This document shows, piece by piece, positions 38,387 through 48,112 of a DNA stretch of 64,000 bases. The DNA is from an uncultured Chloroflexia bacterium (lineage in GTDB: Bacteria; Chloroflexota; Limnocylindria; Limnocylindrales; CSP1-4). The stretch covers positions 1,728,001 through 1,792,000 of the forward strand of contig CAWEZH010000002.1 in NCBI GenBank assembly GCA_963813535.1, given 5' to 3'. The notes beneath the pieces are model-generated. The model was not told where the DNA came from, ran no database searches, and saw only the letters and a program-made list of their open reading frames with translations. Position 1 is the first letter of the stretch, and every line of letters begins with the position of its first letter. The position numbers and the translations under genes are program-made.

Positions 38387-38608
38387 CTAGACCGCGATCG
38401 AGACGGCGCGTCCTGTCGCGTCGTGGGCGGCGTCGGCGCAGGTGACCCGGCACCCGCGTGCATCGCGGCCGGCGATCGGGTTGAAATGGAACCAGGCATC
38501 GCCGCTCTGGGCGAGGCGGCATCGACACGACGCACAGGTGACGGGCGCGCTCATGCCATCGCGCACGGCCGATGGCCGGTGGGACCCGGATCCGGTCGGA
38601 TGCAGCAT
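38387..38608 (-). CDS. Small Cys/His-rich hypothetical protein (73 aa)
   Basis: Strong AGGAGGAG RBS. Sequence VTCASCRCRL...WFHF...DARGCRVTCADAAH. Confidence 0.7.
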   Translation of the reverse strand: MLHPTGSGSHRPSAVRDGMSAPVTCASCRCRLAQSGDAWFHFNPIAGRDARGCRVTCADAAHDATGRAVSIAV

Positions 38609-38825
38609 CGCGGTCTCCTCCTGGCTCGTCGGCTTCGCGGATGCGCCCATGGTCGTGCCAGGGAGACGCTTCCCCATCATGGCCGGAGGGTAGTCCGGTG
38701 GGCTGCCCGCCTTCGGCGGCATCACGGGGGCGCCTCGGTTGCATGTCGGTATCGCGGCTGTGGTCCATGTCGATGGCCTCGGACCGGACCTGTCACGCCG
38801 GCGCCCGTTCGTGCACCATGCGGAT

Positions 38826-39356
38826 ATGGCCCAGACCCTGATCGACCCGATGGAGGCCGCCGAGGCCTACCGCCGGCAGCTGCTCGACCTCCTCGGACCG
38901 GATGACCCGGCCGTCGCCCAGTCGGCGACGGTCGATCGGATGCGCGAGCTCGCGGCACGTGCGGGGGACGACATACGGACGCGCCCGGAGCCCGGGGAGT
39001 GGTCGGTCGTGGAATGCCTGGGCCATCTCGTCGATTCCGAGCTCACGACGGCGGCGCGCGTCCGGTGGATCATCGCCGAGGATGAGCCCGACATCGTCGC
39101 CTACGACCAGGCCCTGTGGGTCGATCGGCTGCGGCACGGCGATGACGATCCCGATGACCTCATCGGATTGTTCGAAGCGCTCCGGACGGCGAACCTGCGC
39201 CTGTGGGCCGCTCGCCCGACCGCGGACCGATCTCGCGTGGGTCTTCACCGCGAGCGTGGGCCGGAGAGCTACGAGATGATCGTGCGACTCGCCGCTGGCC
39301 ACGACCGGCTCCATATCGCCCAGGCGGAGAGGGCTCTCGCGGCCGTACGCCGCTGA
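38826..39356 (+). CDS. DinB family protein
   Basis: RPEPGEWSVVECLGHLVDSE, YDQALW, GLHRERG and AGHDRLHIAQ. Confidence 0.88.
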   Translation: MAQTLIDPMEAAEAYRRQLLDLLGPDDPAVAQSATVDRMRELAARAGDDIRTRPEPGEWSVVECLGHLVDSELTTAARVRWIIAEDEPDIVAYDQALWVDRLRHGDDDPDDLIGLFEALRTANLRLWAARPTADRSRVGLHRERGPESYEMIVRLAAGHDRLHIAQAERALAAVRR

Positions 39357-39359
39357 GCC

Positions 39360-42300
39360 TCAGGCCCGGATCGGTACGCCGGCGGCGAGGTCGGCCCCGA
39401 CCACGGCGGTCGCCTGCGTCGTCGCCGCGACCGGGGTGACCGGCTCGACCAGCCAGGTATCGGCGGCCAGCGATTCCGACAGGATCAGCCGCCGAGCGAG
39501 CGTCGACCCGGCCGCGGCCTGATCCTGCAGCAGTCCGAACAGCTCGTCGAAGCGCTCGGTGCCGTCCGCTCGTGACCGGAGCGCCTCACCCAGCCTGATC
39601 GCGGCGACGCTCTCGCCGTGCAGCGCGGCTGCGTGCCGGCCGTTCGGGTCGTAGAGATACGCGCGTCCGCCCGTCATCCCGGCGCCGAAGTTCGCACCGA
39701 TCGGACCAAGGACCACCACCACGCCACCCGTCATGTACTCGCATCCGTGCGCGCCGATGCCCTCGACGACCGCCGAGGCCCCGCTGTTGCGGACCGCGAA
39801 GCGCATCCCGGCACGGCCGACCAGATGGACGCGACCGGCGGTCGCGCCGTAGAGCACGGTGTTCCCCGCGATCGCCTCGCCCCCGGCCAGTACCGGGAGG
39901 TCGGCCTCGGGACGGACGACGATCCGCCCACCGGACAGGCCCTTGGCCACGTAGTCGTTCGCCTGGCCCACCAGTGTCAGCTCGATGGCGCCGGAGGCGA
40001 ACGCGCCGAACGACTGGCCTGCGGCGCCGCGAACCTCGAGCCTCACCGGGCCACGGAGCTCGCCGCGCTCGATGGCGCCCGTCAGACCCGCACCGAACGA
40101 CCGGTCGGCCGTGGACAAGCGAAGCCCCGACGCGGCGACCGGCCCCTGGTCGCGGAAGGCCGCCGCGACCCGGACCTCGAGCGGGGATGCGGGAGCGTGG
40201 CGCGCGGTCCTTGCCGGTATGGCCGGATCGGCTCGGCGGGCGTCATCGGCCGACCATCTCGCGGCGCCCACCACCTGGGCCAGCTCGATCGCGGCGGCAC
40301 GGACCGGCCGCAGCGCCCGCCGGCTCTCCCCGACGACCTCGCCGACCGAGCGTGCGCCGACGGCAGCCAGCTCACGACGCAGGTCCTCGGCCAGGGCCAG
40401 GAAGAACGTCTCGACCATCTCGGGCGTGCCCCGGAACTTGGCCCGCAGGTCCTCGCGCTGCGTCGCGATACCCGTCGGACAGGTGTCGAGGTGGCACTGG
40501 CGCGCCATGTCGCAACCGATCGCGACCAGCGCCGACGTGCCGAACGCGAATTCCTCCGCGCCAAGGAGCGCGGCGACCAGCAGGTCCCGACCGGTCTGGA
40601 GCCCTCCATCCGTCCGCACGGCCACGCGATCGCGCAAGTCGTTCCGGAGCAGGACCTGGTGGACCTCGGCGAGACCGAACTCCCAGGGCGCACCGACATG
40701 CTTGATCGATGACAGCGGCGACGCCCCCGTACCGCCGGCGTGGCCGGACAGGTGGATGTACCCGGCACCAGCCTTGGCGACGCCCGCCGCGATGGTCCCG
40801 ACGCCGCGCGACGCGACGAGCTTCACGCCGATCCGCGCACCGGGATTGATCGCCCGCAGGTCGGCGATGAGCTGCGCCAGGTCCTCGATCGAGTAGATAT
40901 CGTGGTGCGGCGGCGGGCTGATGTAGCTCTGCCCGGCCTGCCCACGGCGCAACGCCGCGATGTACGCGGTCGCCTTGCGACCGGGCAGCTGACCGCCTTC
41001 GCCGGGCTTGGAGCCCTGGGCGATCTTGATCTCGAGCTGATCGGCCCGTGCCAGGTACGTGGCGGTGACCCCGAACCGCGCGGAGGCGACCTGCTTGATC
41101 CGGGCGTCGCGGCGTCGGCCGTCCGGGCCAGCGGCGTACCACGCCGGGTCCTCGCCACCCTCGCCGGTGTTCGCGGCACCACCCGCGCGCTGGATGCCGA
41201 TCGTCAGCGCCTGGTGCGCTTCCGGCGAGAGGGCCCCGACGCTCATGGCCGAGACGACGAACCTGTGGGCGATCGACCGCGCGCTCTCGACCGAATCGAC
41301 CGTCACGGGAGGGCCGAGCCGACGTAGCCGAAGCTCGTCCCGAGGCGTCGATGGCGCGCCGGCGGGCCGCGACAGCGCGGTCCGATACCGCTCGAGCGCG
41401 CCGTCCAGTCGCGGCTCGCCCTCGACCGTCGGCGTCGCGCCCGACAGGACCTGGATCTCGCTCGCGATCCGCGGTGCGAAGAGGTGGGCCTCGCCGTCGG
41501 CGCGGAACCGCGCGAATCCCGGATCGGGGAGTCGAGGCTCGCGGCCGGGGATGAGTGCCGGGAGGGCCAGCGCTGCATCGCGGCGACGGACGACACGCGC
41601 CCCGATGTCGTCGAGCGTCGTCCGACCGGGCCACGCCGCGACGGTCGGGAAGCAGCGCGCGATCGCGTCCGGCGCCAGATCCACCGTGTCCACGAGGGCG
41701 CCGCCGATGTAGCTGGCGATCGCGCTGATGCCCATCCGCGCGAGGGTCTTCCGCAGGCCTGCGGCGAAGGCGTCGACGAGGTTCTCGATCGCGTCTGCCG
41801 GCGTGAGCTCCTCGGCACCGCGCGACCCGGCAAGCTCGGCCGCGACCTCGAGGGCAAGGCGAGGGTGGACGACCGTGGCGCCCACGGCGAGGGTCATGGC
41901 CATCGCGTGGACATCGAGGACGTCGGCGGCGTCGACCACGAGGTCCGTGCGGCCACGCAGGCCGGCGTCGGTCAGCGCGGTGTGCACCGCCCCGACGGCA
42001 AGGATCGACGGCACGGGCAGGCGATCGGTCGATGTCGACGAATCGCTGATCAGCAGGATCTCGATGCCCGCCTCGCTCGCGGCGACGGCCTCGGCTGCCA
42101 GGCGCTCGAGGCGACGCGGGAGCCCCTCGGCGCCGTCGTCGACCGGCCACGTCGCGTCCAGCACGCGCACCCTGCGCCCGCCGGCGAGCGCCACCTCGAG
42201 GAGACCGTCGAGGTCGGCCACGATCGGGCGCTCGAGGCGCAGCGTGCGTGGCCCTCGAGGGGGTCCGCCCAGCAGTGCCGGGCGCCGCCCGAGCTCGACT

Positions 42301-43925
42301 CGAAGGTCCATGACGACCCGCTCGCGCTCCGGGTCGATGGCCGGGTTGGTCACCTGTGCGAAGGCCTGGCGAAGGTGGTCGGCCACCGGCCGGTCCACGC
42401 GACCGCGGCCGGCCGTGGGCGTGTCGTCGCCCATGCTCCACAACGGCTCGTGCCCCTCGAGCGCCATGGTCTTGATATCGAGCCGTGCCTTTTCGGCGTC
42501 GAGCCCGGCGAGGTAGCGCAAGCTGTGATCGAGCGGACCGCGACCCTCGATCACCGCCGCCGCGACCTCGGCACTGTCCTCGTGGAGCGGCCGTGGTGCG
42601 TCGTGGATCGGCAATCGACGCAGGACGTGTGCCTTCGCGTCGGTGTCCTCGAGGATCGCCCGCCGCGCCGGCTCGACGAGGAGCAGCTCGCCGGGGCCGA
42701 GCCGGCCCCGCCGGATCGTGTCGCGCGCTTCGAACGGCACGGCGCCGGCCTCGGAGGCGACGGCGACGAGCCGGTCTCGGGTGACGGCGAAGGCGGCGGG
42801 CCGGAGGCCATTGCGATCGACCAGGGCGCCCACCCGTCGACCGTCGGCGAAGACGATCGCTGCCGGCCCGTCCCACGGCGCGAGCATCCCGGCCGCTCGA
42901 CGCCGGAGCGTGGCGACGTGCGGGTGTGGCGCACGACGCAGACCGACGGCCTCGGGGATGGCCGCCAGCAGCGCCGGCGCGAGGTCCCAGCCGGTCGTGG
43001 TCAGGAGCTCGAGCCCCTCGTCCAGGGACAGCGAATCCGAGCCGTCCGCGGTCAGCAGCGGACCGGCATCGAGCAACTCGGCGGCGATGGGCTTCGCGCC
43101 GCGGTCGCGCGTCCGCCCGCGGACCTGCTCGCGGTTTCCGCGGACCGTGTTGATCTCGCCGTTGTGGGCGATCGACCGGAACGGCTGGGCCAGCCGCCAG
43201 ATCGGTGTCGTGTTCGTGGCATACCGCTGGTGGAACACGGCGTAGGTGACGTCGAGCTCGGCTCGGAGATCCGGATACAGGTCCGCCAGGCGTGTTCCGG
43301 CGACGAGGCCCTTGTAGACGACCGTCCGGCACGAGGCCGATGGGATCGATAGGCCGGCGATGCTGCCACGCGCTACGCGAGCGGCGGTCTCCAGTCGGCG
43401 TCGAGCGACGACCAACCGGCGCTCGAATGCCCTATCGGTCAGCCCGTCCGGCCGGATCACGATCGCCTGCGCCACGAACGGGCGCGAGGCCGACGCCACC
43501 GCACCCAGCGCGATCGGCTCGAACGGCACGGATCGCCAGGCCACTACGGGGAGACCGCTCTGTGCGAACACGTCCTCGACGAGGCCTCGGCTTGCACGAC
43601 GTGCAGCCGCCCCACGCGGCAGGAATGCCATCACGACGCCCGGCCGATCCACCGCCCGGGGGCCGGCGATCAGCGCGAGCACCGACGAGGTCAGCGGGAG
43701 CGCGACACCCGCCCCATCGCTGGACTCGCCGTCAGCCGCGAACGCCCCACGATGGGCGAGTGCCGCCAGACCGGCCAACGCGAGTGGAAGGACCTTCCCC
43801 GCGGAGCGCCCGCCGGCATCGGCGACGAACCCCACGCCGCACGCGTCGTGTTCGAACCGCGAGTCGTAGAGCGGTGCACGCGTGTCGCGGCGGTCGGATC
43901 GATCGCGTCGGTCGGTGGCGTCCAT
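39360..43925 (-). CDS. gltB: Glutamate synthase large subunit
   Basis: HDACGVGF (Ntn Cys), AHNGEINT, IKQVASARFGV, AQGSKPGEGGQLP, SPPPHHDIYSIEDL, CDMARQCHLDTCPTG and GCEYMTGG. Confidence 0.96.
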   Translation of the reverse strand: MDATDRRDRSDRRDTRAPLYDSRFEHDACGVGFVADAGGRSAGKVLPLALAGLAALAHRGAFAADGESSDGAGVALPLTSSVLALIAGPRAVDRPGVVMAFLPRGAAARRASRGLVEDVFAQSGLPVVAWRSVPFEPIALGAVASASRPFVAQAIVIRPDGLTDRAFERRLVVARRRLETAARVARGSIAGLSIPSASCRTVVYKGLVAGTRLADLYPDLRAELDVTYAVFHQRYATNTTPIWRLAQPFRSIAHNGEINTVRGNREQVRGRTRDRGAKPIAAELLDAGPLLTADGSDSLSLDEGLELLTTTGWDLAPALLAAIPEAVGLRRAPHPHVATLRRRAAGMLAPWDGPAAIVFADGRRVGALVDRNGLRPAAFAVTRDRLVAVASEAGAVPFEARDTIRRGRLGPGELLLVEPARRAILEDTDAKAHVLRRLPIHDAPRPLHEDSAEVAAAVIEGRGPLDHSLRYLAGLDAEKARLDIKTMALEGHEPLWSMGDDTPTAGRGRVDRPVADHLRQAFAQVTNPAIDPERERVVMDLRVELGRRPALLGGPPRGPRTLRLERPIVADLDGLLEVALAGGRRVRVLDATWPVDDGAEGLPRRLERLAAEAVAASEAGIEILLISDSSTSTDRLPVPSILAVGAVHTALTDAGLRGRTDLVVDAADVLDVHAMAMTLAVGATVVHPRLALEVAAELAGSRGAEELTPADAIENLVDAFAAGLRKTLARMGISAIASYIGGALVDTVDLAPDAIARCFPTVAAWPGRTTLDDIGARVVRRRDAALALPALIPGREPRLPDPGFARFRADGEAHLFAPRIASEIQVLSGATPTVEGEPRLDGALERYRTALSRPAGAPSTPRDELRLRRLGPPVTVDSVESARSIAHRFVVSAMSVGALSPEAHQALTIGIQRAGGAANTGEGGEDPAWYAAGPDGRRRDARIKQVASARFGVTATYLARADQLEIKIAQGSKPGEGGQLPGRKATAYIAALRRGQAGQSYISPPPHHDIYSIEDLAQLIADLRAINPGARIGVKLVASRGVGTIAAGVAKAGAGYIHLSGHAGGTGASPLSSIKHVGAPWEFGLAEVHQVLLRNDLRDRVAVRTDGGLQTGRDLLVAALLGAEEFAFGTSALVAIGCDMARQCHLDTCPTGIATQREDLRAKFRGTPEMVETFFLALAEDLRRELAAVGARSVGEVVGESRRALRPVRAAAIELAQVVGAARWSADDARRADPAIPARTARHAPASPLEVRVAAAFRDQGPVAASGLRLSTADRSFGAGLTGAIERGELRGPVRLEVRGAAGQSFGAFASGAIELTLVGQANDYVAKGLSGGRIVVRPEADLPVLAGGEAIAGNTVLYGATAGRVHLVGRAGMRFAVRNSGASAVVEGIGAHGCEYMTGGVVVVLGPIGANFGAGMTGGRAYLYDPNGRHAAALHGESVAAIRLGEALRSRADGTERFDELFGLLQDQAAAGSTLARRLILSESLAADTWLVEPVTPVAATTQATAVVGADLAAGVPIRA

Positions 43926-44063
43926 CGATGTGGCGTCTCCGCGAGGCGGTGGAGCGGCCGCCGCCCGGTCCGGACGGGGGCCGCATGTGTGTGGGAACGC
44001 CGGGGAGCTTCGGCCGATCGAGTGCCGGGAGGAGCCGTTCCCGACCGGCCGTTGCCCCTGCGG

Positions 44064-45284
44064 CTAGGACTGGTAGGCGACCTCGCCGTGGGTCGCGAGG
44101 TCGATGCCGATCTCCTCGTCGCTGGCCGACACGCGGATGCCAAGGACCAGGTCGACGACCTTGACGATGACGAACGTCGAGACGACCGCGTAGGCGACCG
44201 TCGCGACGACGGCGATCAGCTGGTTGACGAGCTGCTGGGCGTTGCCTTCGAGCAGGCCCGTGTAGGCCTCCTGGATGGCAGCGGACGCGAACACGCCCGT
44301 CGCGATCGCGCCGAACATGCCACCCACCCCGTGGACCGCGAAGACGTCGAGCGCGTCGTCGATCTTGAGGCGGGATCGGAGGAGCGTCGCGCTGTAGCAC
44401 AGCCCGCCGACGACGAGGCCGATGATCAGCGCGCCGCCGACGCCGACGAAGCCGGACGCCGGGGTGATGGCGACGAGGCCCGCCACGGCACCGCACGCGG
44501 CACCGATGACGCTGACCTTGCCCTTGTGCAGGTAGCTGGCGAGGACCCAGGTGATCGTCGCCGCTGCCGCGGCCGTGTTGGTGACCATGAACGCGTTGGC
44601 GGCGAGGCCGTTGGCGGCCACCGCCGAGCCGGCGTTGAAGCCGAACCAGCCGAACCACAGCAGTCCCGCGCCGAGCACGGTCATCGGCACGTCGTGCGGC
44701 TCCATCGGCTCGCCGTTGACCGCCCGTCGGCCGATCAGCAGCGCGACGATCAGGGCCGAGACGCCCGAGCTGATATGGACGACGGTCCCGCCGGCGAAGT
44801 CGAGCGCACCGAGCTTGAAGAGCCAGCCGTCGACCGACCAGACCCAGTGGGCCAGCGGCGAGTACACGAGGATCGACCAGAGGATCGTGAACAGCACGAA
44901 CGCGCCGAAGCGCTTGCGCTCGGCGAAGGCGCCCGTGATGAGTGCCGGCGTGATCGCCGCGAACATCAGCTGGAACGCAGCGAACAGGACGAAGGGGACG
45001 GTCGTCGCGTATGTCGCCGACGGTTCGAGTCCGACGCCGTTGAACATCGCGAAGTCGAGACCGCCGATCAGCCCGAGGCCGGCGACGTCAGGCCCGAACG
45101 CGAGCGTGAACCCGACGATCACCCAGACGACGCTGACCAGGGCAAGGCCGAAGAAGCTGTGCATGATCGTCGAGAGCACGTTCTTGCGGCGGACGAGGCC
45201 GCCATAGAACAGAGCGAGCCCCGGCAACATGATCATCACCAGGGCTGTCGACATCAGGAGCCACGCGGTATCGCCAGTGTCCAT
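44064..45284 (-). CDS. amtB: Ammonium transporter
   Basis: DTGDTAW, PGLALFYGG, DFAGGTVVH, WFGWFGFNAGS and DDALDVFAVHG. Confidence 0.96.
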   Translation of the reverse strand: MDTGDTAWLLMSTALVMIMLPGLALFYGGLVRRKNVLSTIMHSFFGLALVSVVWVIVGFTLAFGPDVAGLGLIGGLDFAMFNGVGLEPSATYATTVPFVLFAAFQLMFAAITPALITGAFAERKRFGAFVLFTILWSILVYSPLAHWVWSVDGWLFKLGALDFAGGTVVHISSGVSALIVALLIGRRAVNGEPMEPHDVPMTVLGAGLLWFGWFGFNAGSAVAANGLAANAFMVTNTAAAAATITWVLASYLHKGKVSVIGAACGAVAGLVAITPASGFVGVGGALIIGLVVGGLCYSATLLRSRLKIDDALDVFAVHGVGGMFGAIATGVFASAAIQEAYTGLLEGNAQQLVNQLIAVVATVAYAVVSTFVIVKVVDLVLGIRVSASDEEIGIDLATHGEVAYQS

Positions 45285-45483
45285 CCATTCCTCCCGGCAA
45301 GATCCGGACACCCGGTCCGACGGGTGTGGATGGAACGCTACGGTCAGGCGGGGCTGCCGGTCGGCCCCACGACAGGACCGACAATGTCGCGGTTCGGGCG
45401 CGGCGTCGGTAGCGAGCGGGCCACAGGGTTGCGGCTGGGGGTCGCCCGTGTGCGCGCCGTCGACTACCCTCCGGAGCTGAACG

Positions 45484-46104
45484 ATGTCTGATCAGCTGCT
45501 GGCCTTCATCGGCGTCGCGATCGCGGTCGTGGTGATCCCCGGACCGGACATGGCCCTCGTGGCACGCAACGTGTACCGGCACGGGCGGTCGGCCGGCTTC
45601 GCCACCTCGCTCGGCATCTGCACGGGGATCCTCGGTTGGGCGGTCGCGGCTGCGCTCGGTGTCGCGACGCTGCTCGCGACGTCGTCCGTCGCCTTCACGG
45701 TCCTCAAGCTGGCCGGTGCGGCGTACCTGATCTACCTCGGCATCACCACTCTTCGATCGCGCGACGCCTTCGAGGCGACGAGCGGGAGCCGGACGTCGTC
45801 GATCCCGTGGCACCGGGCCTGGCTCCAGGGCCTGCTGTCGGCGCTGCTGAACCCGAAACTCGGGGTGTTCTTCCTGACGTTGCTGCCGCAGTTCATCGAG
45901 GTGGGGCAGCCGCCGGCCGTCCGGTTGCTCCAGCTCGCCGTCGTCTTCGACCTGATCGGTCTCGCGTGGCTGATGGCGTACACGGCGCTGCTCGCCGCGG
46001 CGGGGCATGCCCTCGGCCGTGGCGGTGCACGGCGCCTGGTCCGCTGGCTGAGCGGGACGGTCCTCATCGCCCTCGGTCTGCGCGTCGCCGTCGAGCGGAC
46101 CTGA
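45484..46104 (+). CDS. LysE/RhtB family translocator
   Basis: IPGPDMALV, LKLAGAAYLIYLG and LLNPKLGVFF. Confidence 0.92.
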   Translation: MSDQLLAFIGVAIAVVVIPGPDMALVARNVYRHGRSAGFATSLGICTGILGWAVAAALGVATLLATSSVAFTVLKLAGAAYLIYLGITTLRSRDAFEATSGSRTSSIPWHRAWLQGLLSALLNPKLGVFFLTLLPQFIEVGQPPAVRLLQLAVVFDLIGLAWLMAYTALLAAAGHALGRGGARRLVRWLSGTVLIALGLRVAVERT

Positions 46105-46237
46105 ACGAGCGCTTGGATCACGGTCGAGGCTCCGCGGATCGGCGGTTGCGTGGTACGAACGTCGGGGGGTCCGAACCCTCGTGCCCGGGCTACGCTTCCG
46201 GCACAGGTGTTGACGCCTGTCAACGAGGGGAGCCCAC

Positions 46238-47134
46238 ATGCGCAGAGGCCTGACATTCGGCCTGTCATTCTTCGCGGCGACGATCGCCGCCATCGCGATC
46301 CTGCCCGTCACCGCCATCGGCGCAAGCTCGATCGTCGAATGCGGACAGCTGTCGAGCTATGTCGCCCCGGATCCGGTCGCCCCGACTGACGGGAGCCTGC
46401 AGCTCGGCGCGCTCGATCCCTGGGTCGTTCTCGCCACGGCGACGGTCTCCCCGGCCGCAACGACGGCCCTGCCCGCCCTCGCTGGCTCCGGACCGACCTG
46501 CGTCGCGCTGGATCTCGATGACTTCGGAGCCGTCACCGCGATCGACGTCGCGCCGACCGGTCATATCAGCGGTCACGTCGACTTCGACGCCGGATCCGGG
46601 TTCTACCTCTTCGCCGATCGGCTCATCATCCCGACGTTCGTCACCGACCCGTACCCGGGCCTCGCGGCGCTCGTCGTGACGAGCTACCAGGCGGGGACCG
46701 TGCTCGACATGACCTTCACGGTCGACACGACGACCGCGCAATTCACGGGTTTTGACGGACGAGCCGCGTTCTGCGGCCACGGTTCGATGACCGCGTCTGG
46801 CGATGGCCGCGTCGGTGACGCGGTGCTCCCTGCCGAGGTCCTCGATGGCACCGATCGGTCGAGACTCGAAAACGCCGGCAACCGCACGGCGTGCGCAGCC
46901 GTGCACTCCGCAGGGACGATCGATCCCGGATCCGGGAATTTGTCGATCACCACGAGCGTCGACATCGATGTCGCAGCGGGATCGGTCGCCCTGACGCCGC
47001 CGCCGACGTCCACGGTCGTCGCCGATATACCGGCGACGCCACCCGATCTCTCGTCCGTGGTCGCGCTGCTGATCGGGGCGTGCATCGCGCTGGTGGCCGC
47101 CACCCTGGCGATGCGACCCCGCTTCGAGGACTGA
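46238..47134 (+). CDS. Hypothetical exported protein with C-terminal anchor
   Basis: GAGGGGAG RBS, signal peptide, four Cys, then TPPPTST, a TM segment and a basic tail. Confidence 0.75.
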   Translation: MRRGLTFGLSFFAATIAAIAILPVTAIGASSIVECGQLSSYVAPDPVAPTDGSLQLGALDPWVVLATATVSPAATTALPALAGSGPTCVALDLDDFGAVTAIDVAPTGHISGHVDFDAGSGFYLFADRLIIPTFVTDPYPGLAALVVTSYQAGTVLDMTFTVDTTTAQFTGFDGRAAFCGHGSMTASGDGRVGDAVLPAEVLDGTDRSRLENAGNRTACAAVHSAGTIDPGSGNLSITTSVDIDVAAGSVALTPPPTSTVVADIPATPPDLSSVVALLIGACIALVAATLAMRPRFED

Positions 47135-47143
47135 GCGGGTCCC

Positions 47144-48112
47144 CTACCCCTCCCCGCGGACGCGGACCGATCCGACGCCGCCGTTGATGGCGATGTCCAC
47201 GCGGTTCGTCGCGGATCCATAGTCGGCCGACTGGTAGTCGTTGCCGAAGCGCGGGAAACGACCCTCGTCGACATTGACGCTCCCGAGCGCGACGGTGCTG
47301 CGGATCCGCGCGGCGACGCCGTTGGGGACGATGAACGTGAGACTGGCCGCCCCTGCCTCGGCCTTGACGTCGGTCATTCCGGCGGCGCGCGACAGGGTCA
47401 CGGTGGTCTCGCTGGCGCCGGTCTTGATGTGCAAGCGTCGAACGCGCAACTCGGCCAGGTCGAGCCGGGTCCGGCTGGCCCCGCCCTCGACCGTCAGCTC
47501 GAGCGGCACCTCGCGGGTCAGGCCGACGGTCCACGCCGATTCCCGTTGGAGCCACGGCATCCCGTACGACGTGTCCTGCTCGAGCTCCACGACGCCGCGC
47601 GTTTGCTCATGATGGTCGACGCCGCCCCGGAACTCGCCATCGAGCAGGTTCCCGGGCGCCGCCGGCACGGTCTGGAGCGTGCCTGCGCCGAACCGGATCC
47701 TGACGGCCGCCTGCTGAACGTCTCCCAACGGGATGACGAGCTGCTCGAGCGGACGGCGACCGCCCGGGACGAACGCGCCGATCAGGAACCAGACGCCAAG
47801 CCCGACGAACAGCCACGGCCAGCCTTGGGCGATCAGCTCGATCGGGCCGGTGCCGAGACGGCCCGTCGTGCTCAGCAACAGCACGACGCCCACCACGATC
47901 CAGAGGATGGGCCAGGTCAGCGACCAGAAGCTCCAGCTCCCGGGTCGCCGGTCGATGAGGGTCGTGACGAACGACGCGACGCCCACGAGGATCACGAACA
48001 GCGGCCATGCCTCGTTCCACGAGAGGTCCATGGTCTGGCGGACGAGGAAGACGAGCCCAAGACCGATCAGCCACGTGCCACCGATCAGCGCGCCGCGGTT
48101 CGGCCGGTTCAT
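47144..48112 (-). CDS. LiaF/LiaI-like TM repeats plus toast-rack beta domain
   Basis: Repeated WPxxxIxxG helices followed by beta-solenoid repeats (GAGTL, GGASRT, GASET, GAASL, GVGSV). Confidence 0.75.
   Translation of the reverse strand: MNRPNRGALIGGTWLIGLGLVFLVRQTMDLSWNEAWPLFVILVGVASFVTTLIDRRPGSWSFWSLTWPILWIVVGVVLLLSTTGRLGTGPIELIAQGWPWLFVGLGVWFLIGAFVPGGRRPLEQLVIPLGDVQQAAVRIRFGAGTLQTVPAAPGNLLDGEFRGGVDHHEQTRGVVELEQDTSYGMPWLQRESAWTVGLTREVPLELTVEGGASRTRLDLAELRVRRLHIKTGASETTVTLSRAAGMTDVKAEAGAASLTFIVPNGVAARIRSTVALGSVNVDEGRFPRFGNDYQSADYGSATNRVDIAINGGVGSVRVRGEG

Noticed and set aside
38609-38740. Glycine or c-di-GMP-II riboswitch
   Set aside because: Only fragments resemble the consensus (cgccgaagg, ctggcac). 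Other core elements were not found, so it needs an Rfam scan.
46173-46200. Third copy of the ECF promoter upstream of the exported protein
   Set aside because: GAACC is present, but the -10 sequence and spacing do not match the two conserved copies.
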